Source: an uncultured Candidatus Saccharibacteria bacterium (GTDB lineage Bacteria > Patescibacteriota > CALEFQ01 > G965231055). From it: DNA of 64,000 bases. Below are positions 47,162-55,803 of this stretch, piece after piece. A program made the translations under genes and the position numbers. The stretch spans positions 732,500 through 796,499 of the forward strand of contig OZ246411.1 in NCBI GenBank assembly GCA_965231055.1, written 5' to 3'. Position 1 is the first letter of the stretch, and every line of letters starts with the position of its first letter. The notes below the pieces were generated by a model. The model ran no database searches and had not been told where the DNA came from. It saw only the letters and a list, made by a program, of their open reading frames with translations.

Positions 47162-47186
47162 TGCCCTCCTATTAATAAACCAACAT

Positions 47187-47504
47187 CTATCTAATACCCA
47201 AGGCTTGCTGTTGATTGTTCATTTTTAGTCCAAGATCTTCACCACTCACCCCAAAAATCCTAACCACCTTATCCTTACATTTTTCTCCGTGAATAATTAT
47301 CACGGATGACTTCGCAACATCAAAATATTCTGAAAAAAAACTGATTAATTCTTCATTGGCCTTTCCCCCTTCCGGTATTGCGGATATTTTTACCCTAAGC
47401 TTTCCATTCCAAATATCTTTGACTTCAGATTTTTTTGATCCAGGAATTGCCCGTATCTGCAACTCCACTCCACCTTGTATTTCTTTGAAAAAATTCATAG
47501 ACAT
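47187..47504 (-). CDS. DUF167/YggU-family protein
   Basis: 105 aa, L.V.V.A.P..GKAN.E motif layout. Confidence 0.55.
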   Translation of the reverse strand: MSMNFFKEIQGGVELQIRAIPGSKKSEVKDIWNGKLRVKISAIPEGGKANEELISFFSEYFDVAKSSVIIIHGEKCKDKVVRIFGVSGEDLGLKMNNQQQALGIR

Positions 47505-47508
47505 ATTT

Positions 47509-48042
47509 CTAGTATTCTATTCCTTTTCTTGCTGAAATTCCATCTTCATATGGATGTCTGATGCTATCTACTCTTGATATCAGTTTGGCTTTTTGCATTA
47601 TCTTGGGTGAAGCATCTCTTCCTGTAAGCACCAGCTCCATCTTGTGCGGACGTAAATTCAATAAGCTTTCTATGTCATCTTCATGAAGTAGATTAAACTT
47701 GATCGTATCCAAAAGCTCATCAAGAATCAAAACATCATAATAAGCTTTTTCCAAAATTTCCTTTGCTCTTTGTATGCCCATTTCCGCATAATGAATATCA
47801 TTTAGCGTAGGACCTTTTGGTCCTATGAAGTCTCCTGAGCCATATTGTTCCAAAAGAAATTTATAATCAGGATACACTTCTGCCAATGGTTTAGTTTCAC
47901 CAAATTCCCCGTTTTTCATAAACTGAAGAATAGCCACATTTAGCCCTTGACCCAGTGCTCTTAGCGCTTGACCAAAAGCAGCGGTAGTTTTACCTTTGCC
48001 ATTTCCTATATATATTTGTATTATTCCGCCTTTTGTTTTCAT
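47509..48042 (-). CDS. cobA: ATP:cob(I)alamin adenosyltransferase (CobA/BtuR/CobO type)
   Basis: GNGKGKTTAAFG P-loop; 177 aa from internal Met MKTKGGII. Confidence 0.7.
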   Translation of the reverse strand: MKTKGGIIQIYIGNGKGKTTAAFGQALRALGQGLNVAILQFMKNGEFGETKPLAEVYPDYKFLLEQYGSGDFIGPKGPTLNDIHYAEMGIQRAKEILEKAYYDVLILDELLDTIKFNLLHEDDIESLLNLRPHKMELVLTGRDASPKIMQKAKLISRVDSIRHPYEDGISARKGIEY

Positions 48043-48149
48043 TTTTTTGTCTTGGCTTGAATTAGTATGATACCAAATTTTTTGCAAAAAAAATAGTGTC
48101 TACCGATAAATCGATAGACACCAATGAACAATAGCTGAAACTTGAGATC

Positions 48150-48596
48150 TTATAAGACGAAACTTTTCAATTCCTCCCTGAAACGAGGACACTCGTCGAG
48201 AATCTCACTGAAACTACTCATCAAGAAGGAGTTTCCTTCCTTCTTATAAAAGATCCTGAGATTGCCTTCGCAGGAGATCACGTAGTAGCTGAATTCTCCC
48301 TCGGTGAGATCCTTGGGCTTCAGGAGACGAAAACTGCTCGCGTAGAAAATTTTGGGCTCTTCTTTCTTATGATCCGATAAGTACTCCGCGAAAGAGAAGG
48401 ATTCAATTTGATCAATCTCCTGCCCGTGAATTCTCAGTATGCCTCCAAAGTCCCGGTGTTTGAAATATCGCTTACCTTCTTTTGTTTCGAGGTAGTCCAT
48501 ATTCGAGCACCTGTTCTCATCGGTACTTTTCAGAAAACGAATCAGAGCCGTAACCCAATGGGCCATCTCAACTCCATTACAAACTTTATGAGTCAT
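48150..48596 (-). CDS. hypothetical protein (148 aa) with atypical, higher-GC composition
   Basis: Codon usage visibly richer in GAG/CTC/CGC than neighbours; no recognisable motif. Confidence 0.45.
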   Translation of the reverse strand: MTHKVCNGVEMAHWVTALIRFLKSTDENRCSNMDYLETKEGKRYFKHRDFGGILRIHGQEIDQIESFSFAEYLSDHKKEEPKIFYASSFRLLKPKDLTEGEFSYYVISCEGNLRIFYKKEGNSFLMSSFSEILDECPRFREELKSFVL

Positions 48597-48760
48597 TTCT
48601 CATTCCTCCTTGAAAAATGTTTACGTTCCCACAACACAGTGAAGCCACGCAGAATTATTACTTCTTCGCAGCTTTACTGGGTTGTGGATATGTCAAAGAG
48701 CTAACTAATTACAATTTCGATACTAACATATAAGCCATAAAAAGTCAAGCAAACTACAAT

Positions 48761-48784
48761 AAAACCGCTTATTAAAGCGGTTTT
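48761..48784 (-). terminator. rho-independent terminator after the fused nrdJ
   Basis: 10-bp stem aaaaccgctt / aagcggtttt with 4-nt loop. Confidence 0.6.
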
Positions 48785-48794
48785 ATGTGGGGGT

Positions 48795-48831
48795 GTGGAT
48801 AGATTTTTTATCCACACTTAGAGTATCCACA
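48795..48831. promoter_or_regulatory. cluster of three DnaA-box-like 9-mers (TGTGGATAg, TTATCCACA, gTATCCACA) around the nrdJ stop codon
   Basis: gtgtggata-gatttttta-tccacac inverted repeat plus a third copy inside the last codons. Confidence 0.35.
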
Positions 48832-51800
48832 GCTTCGGCAGATAAGGCATCCTTCGGAAAATTCAACAGTGCCTCCGCATTCTGGACACATAGGATTGTA
48901 TCCCAATTCATTGTTTGTGGTGTAAACTTTTTCTTTCTTTTTTTCTTCAACCACAGTTGGCTTCTCTACTTTTTCAACCTTTGGCATAACTAAATCTAGC
49001 TTGAGTTTGACGCTAGGCTTTTCTTCCTTCTTGAATTCCAGTTTTAGTTTACTTTTTCTTTCTATATATCTCTTGAGTGCTAAAGCTATACCATCAGAGC
49101 AAGAAAAAATCGTTCCGCCTTTTGTCATGATGGGAGAAGGGCATCTCACTCCTTCAAGCTGTTTTACTATTTCATTTGGATCTATTCCTGATCTTAGCGC
49201 TATAGAAATCAGTCTTCCTATTGATTCTGAATATGACGCGGGGCATCCTCCTGATTTTCCAAGCTTCGCGAAAACTTCAAACACACTATTCTCATCCTCA
49301 TTTATAGTTACATGCAAAGGACCACATCCAGTCGTGATGACTTCGGTGGTACCCATGACAACTTCTGGTCTCTCTCTTGGTTCAACTGAACCTATGGAAC
49401 CGATGGTTACTTTTGATTTGTCAGCAGATAAACCACTTCCTCTCACAAGCACCTGTTCATCTTTTGATTTGTCTCTATAAATAGTAATTCCCTTGCATCC
49501 GGTACTGTATGCTAGCATGTAGGCTTTTTTCACTTGGTCCACTGTCGCATCCTCTTTGAAATTTACAGTTTTGGAAACAGCGTTGTCAGTATATTTTTGA
49601 AATGAGGCCTGCATTTTTACATGCCACTCTGGATCGATATCATGAGCAGTCACGAAAATTCTTTTTACTTTTTCGGGAACTTCATCGAGATGCTGAACTC
49701 CCCCCTCTGCCTTTACTTTTTCTATTAATTCTTCTGAATAAAAGCCTTCTTCCTTTGCAATTCTTTCAAACTCAGGATGCATCACGACTTGATTTTCTCC
49801 CCCCATTGAATTTTGCATCGTATAGCTTATGGCAAACAACGGCTCTATCCCAGCTGAACAATCTGCGACTATGCTTATAGATCCCGTTGGAGCAATAGTA
49901 GTCACAGTAGCATTTCGCATCGCATCATATTTGCCATTGAAAGTGCTTTCTTTAAACGCTGGAAAGGATCCTCTTTCTTGTCCTAATTTTTGGGATTCGC
50001 TTCTTGCTACCTTGTTTACAAAACCCATAACAACCTCGGCCATATCCGTAGCTTCTTTGCTGTTATAAGGAATTCCAAGTTTAATAAGCATATCAGCCCA
50101 GCCCATTATTCCTAGTCCAGATTTTCTCGTTCTCTTGGTGGCTGATTCTATTTCGGGAAGCACATATTCATTTGATGAAGTTATGTCATCAAGAAATCTC
50201 ACACCTGTTCTCACTACATCCTCTAATCTTCTCCAATCAATTTTGCCATCTTTAACAAACCTGGAAAGATTGACGCTACCAAGATTACACGACTCATAAG
50301 GAAACAATGGCTGTTCTCCGCATGGATTGGTGGCGGTCATCTTACCTAGCCCCGGCACGGTATTACCTTTTTGAATAGTATCAAGAAAAACAACACCAGG
50401 ATCTCCCGAACCCCAAGCGTGTCTAGAAATAAGATCAAATAAATTAGTTGCGCTTACTTCTTTTACACATGCTTTTGTCCTAGGATCTATGAGTTTAAAA
50501 CTCTTATCATCCCTCACGGCTTCCATAAATTCATTTGTAATGCCCACAGAAAGATTGAGATTTTCAACTTCACCAGGAACATCTTTGCATTTTATAAATG
50601 TTTCAATATCAGGATGATCTATATTTAGTATAGCCATTGCGCCCATTTTTCTACCACCTCTGCCTTTTATAGTTCTCATTGTGGCATTTAACGCTCTTAG
50701 AAATTCAACTGGACCAGCTGCGTTTTCTCCAGTGGAACTTACTTTTGAATAGCTAGATCTTATATCTGAGAGATTGAATCCTGTACCACCTCCACTTCGG
50801 AGTATCTGAATATTGTCTCTTACTGTGTTGAATATATCGTTTATGCTGTCATGCATAGGTAGCACAAAACACTTGGACAAGGTTCTGTTTCGTTGTCCTG
50901 CAAAAATCAAAGTGCCCCCACAAAGAAATTCTAAATTCTTTTGAACTTCTGAAAATTTGTTTTTTATTTTTTTGCACTCTTCGTCGGAGCAAAATTCTTT
51001 TTCAGATCGTCCTACGAAATCAGATATTCTATCAAACAATTCTTCGGGAGTTTCTATTACTTCGCCTTTCTCATTTTTGGCAAGAGCTCGCTTTTCCAAA
51101 ACCTTTATCGCATTTGGAGTAAGCTTTGCTTTTTCTTCTTTTGCACCTTGCTCTTCAGGCTGTTTAATTTCAGATGGTTTCTTCTCTTCTTTTTTAACTC
51201 CCATTATCTGAAATTCTTTGCATCCATCTCTATAAATAGTAATACCCTTACATCCAAGCTCATAGGAAAGCATGAAAGCATCTTTGACTTGGTCTATCGT
51301 GGCGTCATTTGGGAAATTTATAGTTTTAGAAACGGCATTGTCTGTATATTTCTGCGCGTTGGCTTGAATTTTTAGATGCCATTCGTATGAAACGTCATGA
51401 GAAGTTACAAAAACTTTTCTCACTGCCTCAGGTATTTCTTCTAAATCCTTTATACTCCCACGAGAAGCTATTTTCTTCATAAGCTCTTCCGAGTAAAAAC
51501 CTTTTTCTTTGGCAACTTCTTCAAAAACAGGATCAGTGATAACTATTTCTTGGTAACTATCACCCTTGAACAATGCTTTTCTTACAGAAACGAGTGAGAA
51601 CACCGGCTCTATACCAGAAGAACATCCGGCGATAAGACTTATGGATCCAGTTGGCGCAATCGTTGTAAGAGTTGCATTTCTTGGTCTGAAACCCGTATCA
51701 ACAAAAATACTCTCTTCAAAAGCTGGAAAAACTCCACGCTCTTTTGCTAGTTCGCAGGAGCGTTTCATCCCTTCTTCTTTTATGAATTTCATAATCTCAC

Positions 51801-52929
51801 CAGATAGTTTTATAGCCTCATCGCTATTATAAGGAATACCTAGCTTATAAAGCATATGAGAAAATCCCATAATTCCAAGGCCTATCTTTCTCGTTCGCTT
51901 TACATTTTCATCTATTTTTTGAAGCGGGAATTTGTTTTCTTCTATAACATTATCCATAAAATGCACTGCGTCTCTCACAGTATTTCTAAGCATATTCCAA
52001 TCCATCACTCCATCTCTGAAATGATTGGTCAAAACTATTGATCCCAAGTTACATGACTCATAAGGAAGCAATGGCTGCTCTCCGCATGGGTTGGTAGCGT
52101 CTATTTTGCCAAGTTTAGGAGTCGGGTTTGATCTTTGTATTCTATCTAGATAAATAGCTCCTGGATCAGCACACTCCCAAGCTTTTTTCGCTATCAAGTC
52201 AAAAACTTCTCTAGCTTTTATTTTTCTAACAACTTCGTTGTTGTGAGGATTTTTCAGATCGTATTCTTTGTTGTTTTTTACCTTCTCCATGAAATCATCA
52301 GTAATTCCCACAGAAATATTGAAATTTTTTATACTTGATCCGCTGTCTTTTAGTTTGATGAAATCCAAAATATCTGGATGATCCACATTCAAAATTCCCA
52401 TATTACCTCCGTGTCTTTTGCTGCCTTGCAAAATTTGAGATAAAGCCGTATCAAAAGTTTTTAGGTAATGAATGGGACCCGCTGCCACATTTGGAATTCC
52501 CCTAACCGAACTTCCTCTTGGTCTTATCGGTGAAAAATTGAATCCAGTTCCTCCGTTATTTTTTTGTATGACCGCTGCATCTGACAATGCCTGAAAAATA
52601 TCTGTGAGCGAATCAGATAGAGGCACCACAAAACAAGCAGAATATTGTCCATTGTGATTGGTTCCTGCTTCAAGTAGCACGGGGCTATTTGGCAAAAATC
52701 TGAGTTGCGCCATCATCTTATAAAACCTGCGGGCATTCTCATCCACAGCTACGGCATCTTTACCGAATTTTTTATCTGCTTCAGAGATACACTTTGCTAC
52801 TCTCCATAACATTTCATCTGGGGTCTCTAAAATATTACCTTTTTCATCAGTTACTAAATAGCGCTTCTTGATAATTTCAAGAGCTGCTTTTGAAAATTTT
52901 GGTTGTGGTAAATCTTTTGGAACTGTCAT
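48808..52929 (-). CDS. nrdJ: tandem fusion of two class II (adenosylcobalamin-dependent) ribonucleotide reductase NrdJ modules; C-terminal Zn ribbon
   Basis: 1373 aa, uninterrupted; module 1 (51201..52929) and module 2 (48808..51120) each have the Cys-containing S(A/K)CFV, NPCGEQPL, ESCNLGS, PTGSIS and KTVNF motifs; joined by a K/E-rich linker (51121..51200); C-terminus CPECGG..CLICRSCG. Confidence 0.8.
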   Translation of the reverse strand: MTVPKDLPQPKFSKAALEIIKKRYLVTDEKGNILETPDEMLWRVAKCISEADKKFGKDAVAVDENARRFYKMMAQLRFLPNSPVLLEAGTNHNGQYSACFVVPLSDSLTDIFQALSDAAVIQKNNGGTGFNFSPIRPRGSSVRGIPNVAAGPIHYLKTFDTALSQILQGSKRHGGNMGILNVDHPDILDFIKLKDSGSSIKNFNISVGITDDFMEKVKNNKEYDLKNPHNNEVVRKIKAREVFDLIAKKAWECADPGAIYLDRIQRSNPTPKLGKIDATNPCGEQPLLPYESCNLGSIVLTNHFRDGVMDWNMLRNTVRDAVHFMDNVIEENKFPLQKIDENVKRTRKIGLGIMGFSHMLYKLGIPYNSDEAIKLSGEIMKFIKEEGMKRSCELAKERGVFPAFEESIFVDTGFRPRNATLTTIAPTGSISLIAGCSSGIEPVFSLVSVRKALFKGDSYQEIVITDPVFEEVAKEKGFYSEELMKKIASRGSIKDLEEIPEAVRKVFVTSHDVSYEWHLKIQANAQKYTDNAVSKTINFPNDATIDQVKDAFMLSYELGCKGITIYRDGCKEFQIMGVKKEEKKPSEIKQPEEQGAKEEKAKLTPNAIKVLEKRALAKNEKGEVIETPEELFDRISDFVGRSEKEFCSDEECKKIKNKFSEVQKNLEFLCGGTLIFAGQRNRTLSKCFVLPMHDSINDIFNTVRDNIQILRSGGGTGFNLSDIRSSYSKVSSTGENAAGPVEFLRALNATMRTIKGRGGRKMGAMAILNIDHPDIETFIKCKDVPGEVENLNLSVGITNEFMEAVRDDKSFKLIDPRTKACVKEVSATNLFDLISRHAWGSGDPGVVFLDTIQKGNTVPGLGKMTATNPCGEQPLFPYESCNLGSVNLSRFVKDGKIDWRRLEDVVRTGVRFLDDITSSNEYVLPEIESATKRTRKSGLGIMGWADMLIKLGIPYNSKEATDMAEVVMGFVNKVARSESQKLGQERGSFPAFKESTFNGKYDAMRNATVTTIAPTGSISIVADCSAGIEPLFAISYTMQNSMGGENQVVMHPEFERIAKEEGFYSEELIEKVKAEGGVQHLDEVPEKVKRIFVTAHDIDPEWHVKMQASFQKYTDNAVSKTVNFKEDATVDQVKKAYMLAYSTGCKGITIYRDKSKDEQVLVRGSGLSADKSKVTIGSIGSVEPRERPEVVMGTTEVITTGCGPLHVTINEDENSVFEVFAKLGKSGGCPASYSESIGRLISIALRSGIDPNEIVKQLEGVRCPSPIMTKGGTIFSCSDGIALALKRYIERKSKLKLEFKKEEKPSVKLKLDLVMPKVEKVEKPTVVEEKKKEKVYTTNNELGYNPMCPECGGTVEFSEGCLICRSCGYSKCG

Positions 52930-52959
52930 GGAGATATATTAGTTTTAAAAAATAAAATA

Positions 52960-55155
52960 TTATATTTTTAGCTTTCCGCTATCATCAAGATATTTTTGAA
53001 TTGCTCTAGAAATAGCATCTGCACATGAAAGCACCGCACCGTCTTTTGTAAGCAATGGCTTTGAGCATCTGATTCCTCTAAGTTCTTTGAGCAAATCCTT
53101 TGGATCCATTCCACCCCTCAATGCAGTTGAAACCAATCTACTAATTGCTTCTACCTGAGATCCTTCGCATCCTCCGCTTTTACCCATTCTTGCGATAACT
53201 TCTACCATTCCTTTTTCATCTTCACTTATAGTCACGAAAAGTCTTCCACATCCGCTCATCATTTTGTATGTTTTGCCGGTCACTACCTCTGGGCGCTTTC
53301 TGGGTCTCATTGGTTGCTCTATAACTTTGACAGCTATTTTTCCAGATTGAATAGATTGAGAGTCTCCAGATTCTTTTGAGCCACCCTCGCTACCAATATT
53401 TAAGACCTGCTTATCTCTTGATTTATCTCTATATACAGTGACACCCTTGCATTTAAGTTTATAAGCGAGATCGAAAACCCTTCTCACATCCAGAGTAGTT
53501 GCGTCATGTGGCATATTAACTGTCTTGGAAACAGCATTGTCTATATTGTCTTGAAAAGCTGCTTGCATTTTTACATGCCAATCAGGAGAAATATCATGAG
53601 AAGTAACAAAAATTCTCTTAACCTCTTCGGGAATTTCACCAAAATCTTTGATGCTTCCCTTCTTTGCAATTTTTTCAAATAAAAATTCATCATAAAATCC
53701 TTTTTCCTTTGCTACCTGACTAAAAAGTGGGTGCGTTTCTGTCATAGAAAAATCACCCAAATCCAAAATATTTTTTCGGGTAAACGAGATAGCGAAAATA
53801 GGCTCAATACCGGACGAACATCCAGCAATTATGCTTATAGTTCCGGATGGAGCTATTGTAGTGACAGTTGCGTTTCGCATGGCTGGAAATCCTTGCTCTG
53901 ACCAAATACTTTTTTCCATATTTGGGAAAGAACCTCTTTCTTCTCCTATTTTTTCAGACATTCGTCTTCCCTCTTCTGATATAAATTTCATCACTCTCTG
54001 CGCAGTAGCTATTCCTTCTTCGCTGTTATATGGAATACCAAGGGCCATAAGCATATCTGCAAATCCCATCACGCCTAGACCAATTTTCCTGTTCGCCTTG
54101 GTTGCTGTATCTATTTTGGTTATGGGAAAATTATTTACATCTATAACATTGTCAAGAAAACGCACAGCGGATCTAACCACGCGACCAAGCTTTTTAAAAT
54201 CAATTGAAACCTTACCTTTGTCATCCATAATCATTCGCGAAAGATTTATGGAACCCAAGTTACATGATTCATAGGGCAACAATGGTTGCTCTCCGCAAAC
54301 ATTGGTTGATTCTATTTTGCCAACACCTGGAGTAGTATTTTTATTGTTAATTTCGTCTATAAATACTATTCCGGGTTCTGCGTTTTTCCACGCCATCTCC
54401 ACAATAAGTCCATAAACATCATTGGCTCTCAGAGTCTTTACGGCATTTTTGGTATGGGGATCAATAAGCTCATATTCCCTATCGTTTTTCACGGCTTCCA
54501 TAAACTTTTCCGTAACTGCTACTGACACATTGAAATTATTAAGTTCTCTTGGATCGTCTTTGACAGTAATAAAATCCAAAATATCAGGATGATCCACTCT
54601 CAAAATTCCCATGATGGCACCTCTTCTAGCGCTTGCCTCATTTATTGTGTTTGTTGAGTTATTAAAAAGTTTCATGAAAGAGATAGGACCAGTTGATCCT
54701 TTTTTTGTAGTTGAGATTATAGATCCTTTGGGACGTAGCTTTGAAAAATCAGATCCGCTTCCGCCACCAGATTTGTGCACCAAAGCAGTTTCGCGCATTG
54801 CTTCAAAAATAGATTCCATAGAATCATCTACGGGTATCACATAGCATCCTGAAAGCTGACCCATCTTGCTTCCTGCATTCATCAAGGTTGGAGAGTTTGG
54901 TAAAAAGTCCAAAGAAGCCATAAGATCATAGAACTCTTGCTTGGTGTTTTTGACTTCTTGTTCCGATGCTCCATATCTGGCATCTGCTTGCGCCACAAAA
55001 GAAGCCACCCTATCAAACATTTCTTCAGCCGTTTCCGTAACCTCTCCACTAGAATTTCTTTGTAAAATTCTTTTTTTCAATACTTCCTCTGCATTTTTTG
55101 ATAGTGTCAATTTCATTTTTTTATTTACTGCGAATCTTTTAAAGGTTATTCGCAA
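52960..55155 (-). CDS. nrdJ: class II (adenosylcobalamin-dependent) ribonucleotide reductase NrdJ, stand-alone
   Basis: 731 aa; LSGCYVIPV, NVCGEQPLLPYESCNLGS, APSGTISI; C-terminal TGCG..GKSGGC subdomain present. Confidence 0.85.
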   Translation of the reverse strand: MRITFKRFAVNKKMKLTLSKNAEEVLKKRILQRNSSGEVTETAEEMFDRVASFVAQADARYGASEQEVKNTKQEFYDLMASLDFLPNSPTLMNAGSKMGQLSGCYVIPVDDSMESIFEAMRETALVHKSGGGSGSDFSKLRPKGSIISTTKKGSTGPISFMKLFNNSTNTINEASARRGAIMGILRVDHPDILDFITVKDDPRELNNFNVSVAVTEKFMEAVKNDREYELIDPHTKNAVKTLRANDVYGLIVEMAWKNAEPGIVFIDEINNKNTTPGVGKIESTNVCGEQPLLPYESCNLGSINLSRMIMDDKGKVSIDFKKLGRVVRSAVRFLDNVIDVNNFPITKIDTATKANRKIGLGVMGFADMLMALGIPYNSEEGIATAQRVMKFISEEGRRMSEKIGEERGSFPNMEKSIWSEQGFPAMRNATVTTIAPSGTISIIAGCSSGIEPIFAISFTRKNILDLGDFSMTETHPLFSQVAKEKGFYDEFLFEKIAKKGSIKDFGEIPEEVKRIFVTSHDISPDWHVKMQAAFQDNIDNAVSKTVNMPHDATTLDVRRVFDLAYKLKCKGVTVYRDKSRDKQVLNIGSEGGSKESGDSQSIQSGKIAVKVIEQPMRPRKRPEVVTGKTYKMMSGCGRLFVTISEDEKGMVEVIARMGKSGGCEGSQVEAISRLVSTALRGGMDPKDLLKELRGIRCSKPLLTKDGAVLSCADAISRAIQKYLDDSGKLKI

Positions 55156-55170
55156 AATATTAATTTATAA

Positions 55171-55614
55171 TTAAAGTTCTAAAATAGTTTTTTGAAAATC
55201 TTCGGGGGAAGAAAAACGATCAAAAACAGATTTAAATCTTATGAAAGCAATTAGATCGAATTTCTGAAGATGCTTAAGCACAATCGATCCGATGTCTTTG
55301 CTATAAATCTCGCCTTCGGAAAAAGCCAATATTTCCTGCTCTATTCCATCAATCAATGAATTGATTTCTTCCTCGCTTCTTCCTCGCTTTGCGCATGCAT
55401 AATTTATAGCTTTGTATAATTTTTCACGATTATACATTTCTTTTTTACCGTTTCGTTTTCGCACCTCAAGTTTTTTCAATTCTATTCGCTCAACCGTCGT
55501 GTATCTTCTTTTGCAGCTCTCACACTCACGCCTTCTTCTAATAGAAATTCCATCCTCTGATATTCGAGAATCTACCACCCTAGTCTCTTTGTATCCGCAT
55601 ATTGGACAATTCAA
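55171..55614 (-). CDS. nrdR: transcriptional repressor NrdR (Zn ribbon + ATP cone)
   Basis: MNCPICGYKETRVVDSR...CESCKRRYTT. Confidence 0.9.
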   Translation of the reverse strand: MNCPICGYKETRVVDSRISEDGISIRRRRECESCKRRYTTVERIELKKLEVRKRNGKKEMYNREKLYKAINYACAKRGRSEEEINSLIDGIEQEILAFSEGEIYSKDIGSIVLKHLQKFDLIAFIRFKSVFDRFSSPEDFQKTILEL

Positions 55615-55649
55615 TTTTTATATTTAACCTGCTTTTATTTTTGTTAAAA

Positions 55650-55697
55650 CCACAATGTATTGTATTGCAGGGATAATCTTACCACAATATCTAGTGC
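55650..55697. promoter_or_regulatory. two tandem NrdR-box-like palindromes, centres 32 bp apart, upstream of nrdR
   Basis: ccacaatgtattgtat and ccacaatatctagtgc compared with the NrdR-box consensus acaCwAtATaTwGtgt. Confidence 0.55.
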
Positions 55698-55714
55698 CAA
55701 AGAATACGTAGTGT

Positions 55715-55738
55715 CTGTGGATAAGTAGTTATCCACAG
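55715..55738. promoter_or_regulatory. inverted pair of consensus DnaA boxes (TGTGGATAA / TTATCCACA) upstream of nrdR
   Basis: ctgtggataa-gtag-ttatccacag perfect palindrome. Confidence 0.45.
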
Positions 55739-55803
55739 CTAGCCATTATTAAATATCAAAAATATAGCTATCTTTTGCTACAAATACGCCAAGATAGTAT
55801 AAT

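Noticed and set aside
48795-55738. DnaA-box clusters as a chromosomal replication origin
   Set aside because: Only 2-3 boxes per site, no adjacent dnaA/dnaN/gyrB, no obvious AT-rich unwinding element beside them, and the boxes sit at promoter and terminator positions of the nrd operon. Regulatory DnaA sites or simple hairpins are more parsimonious.
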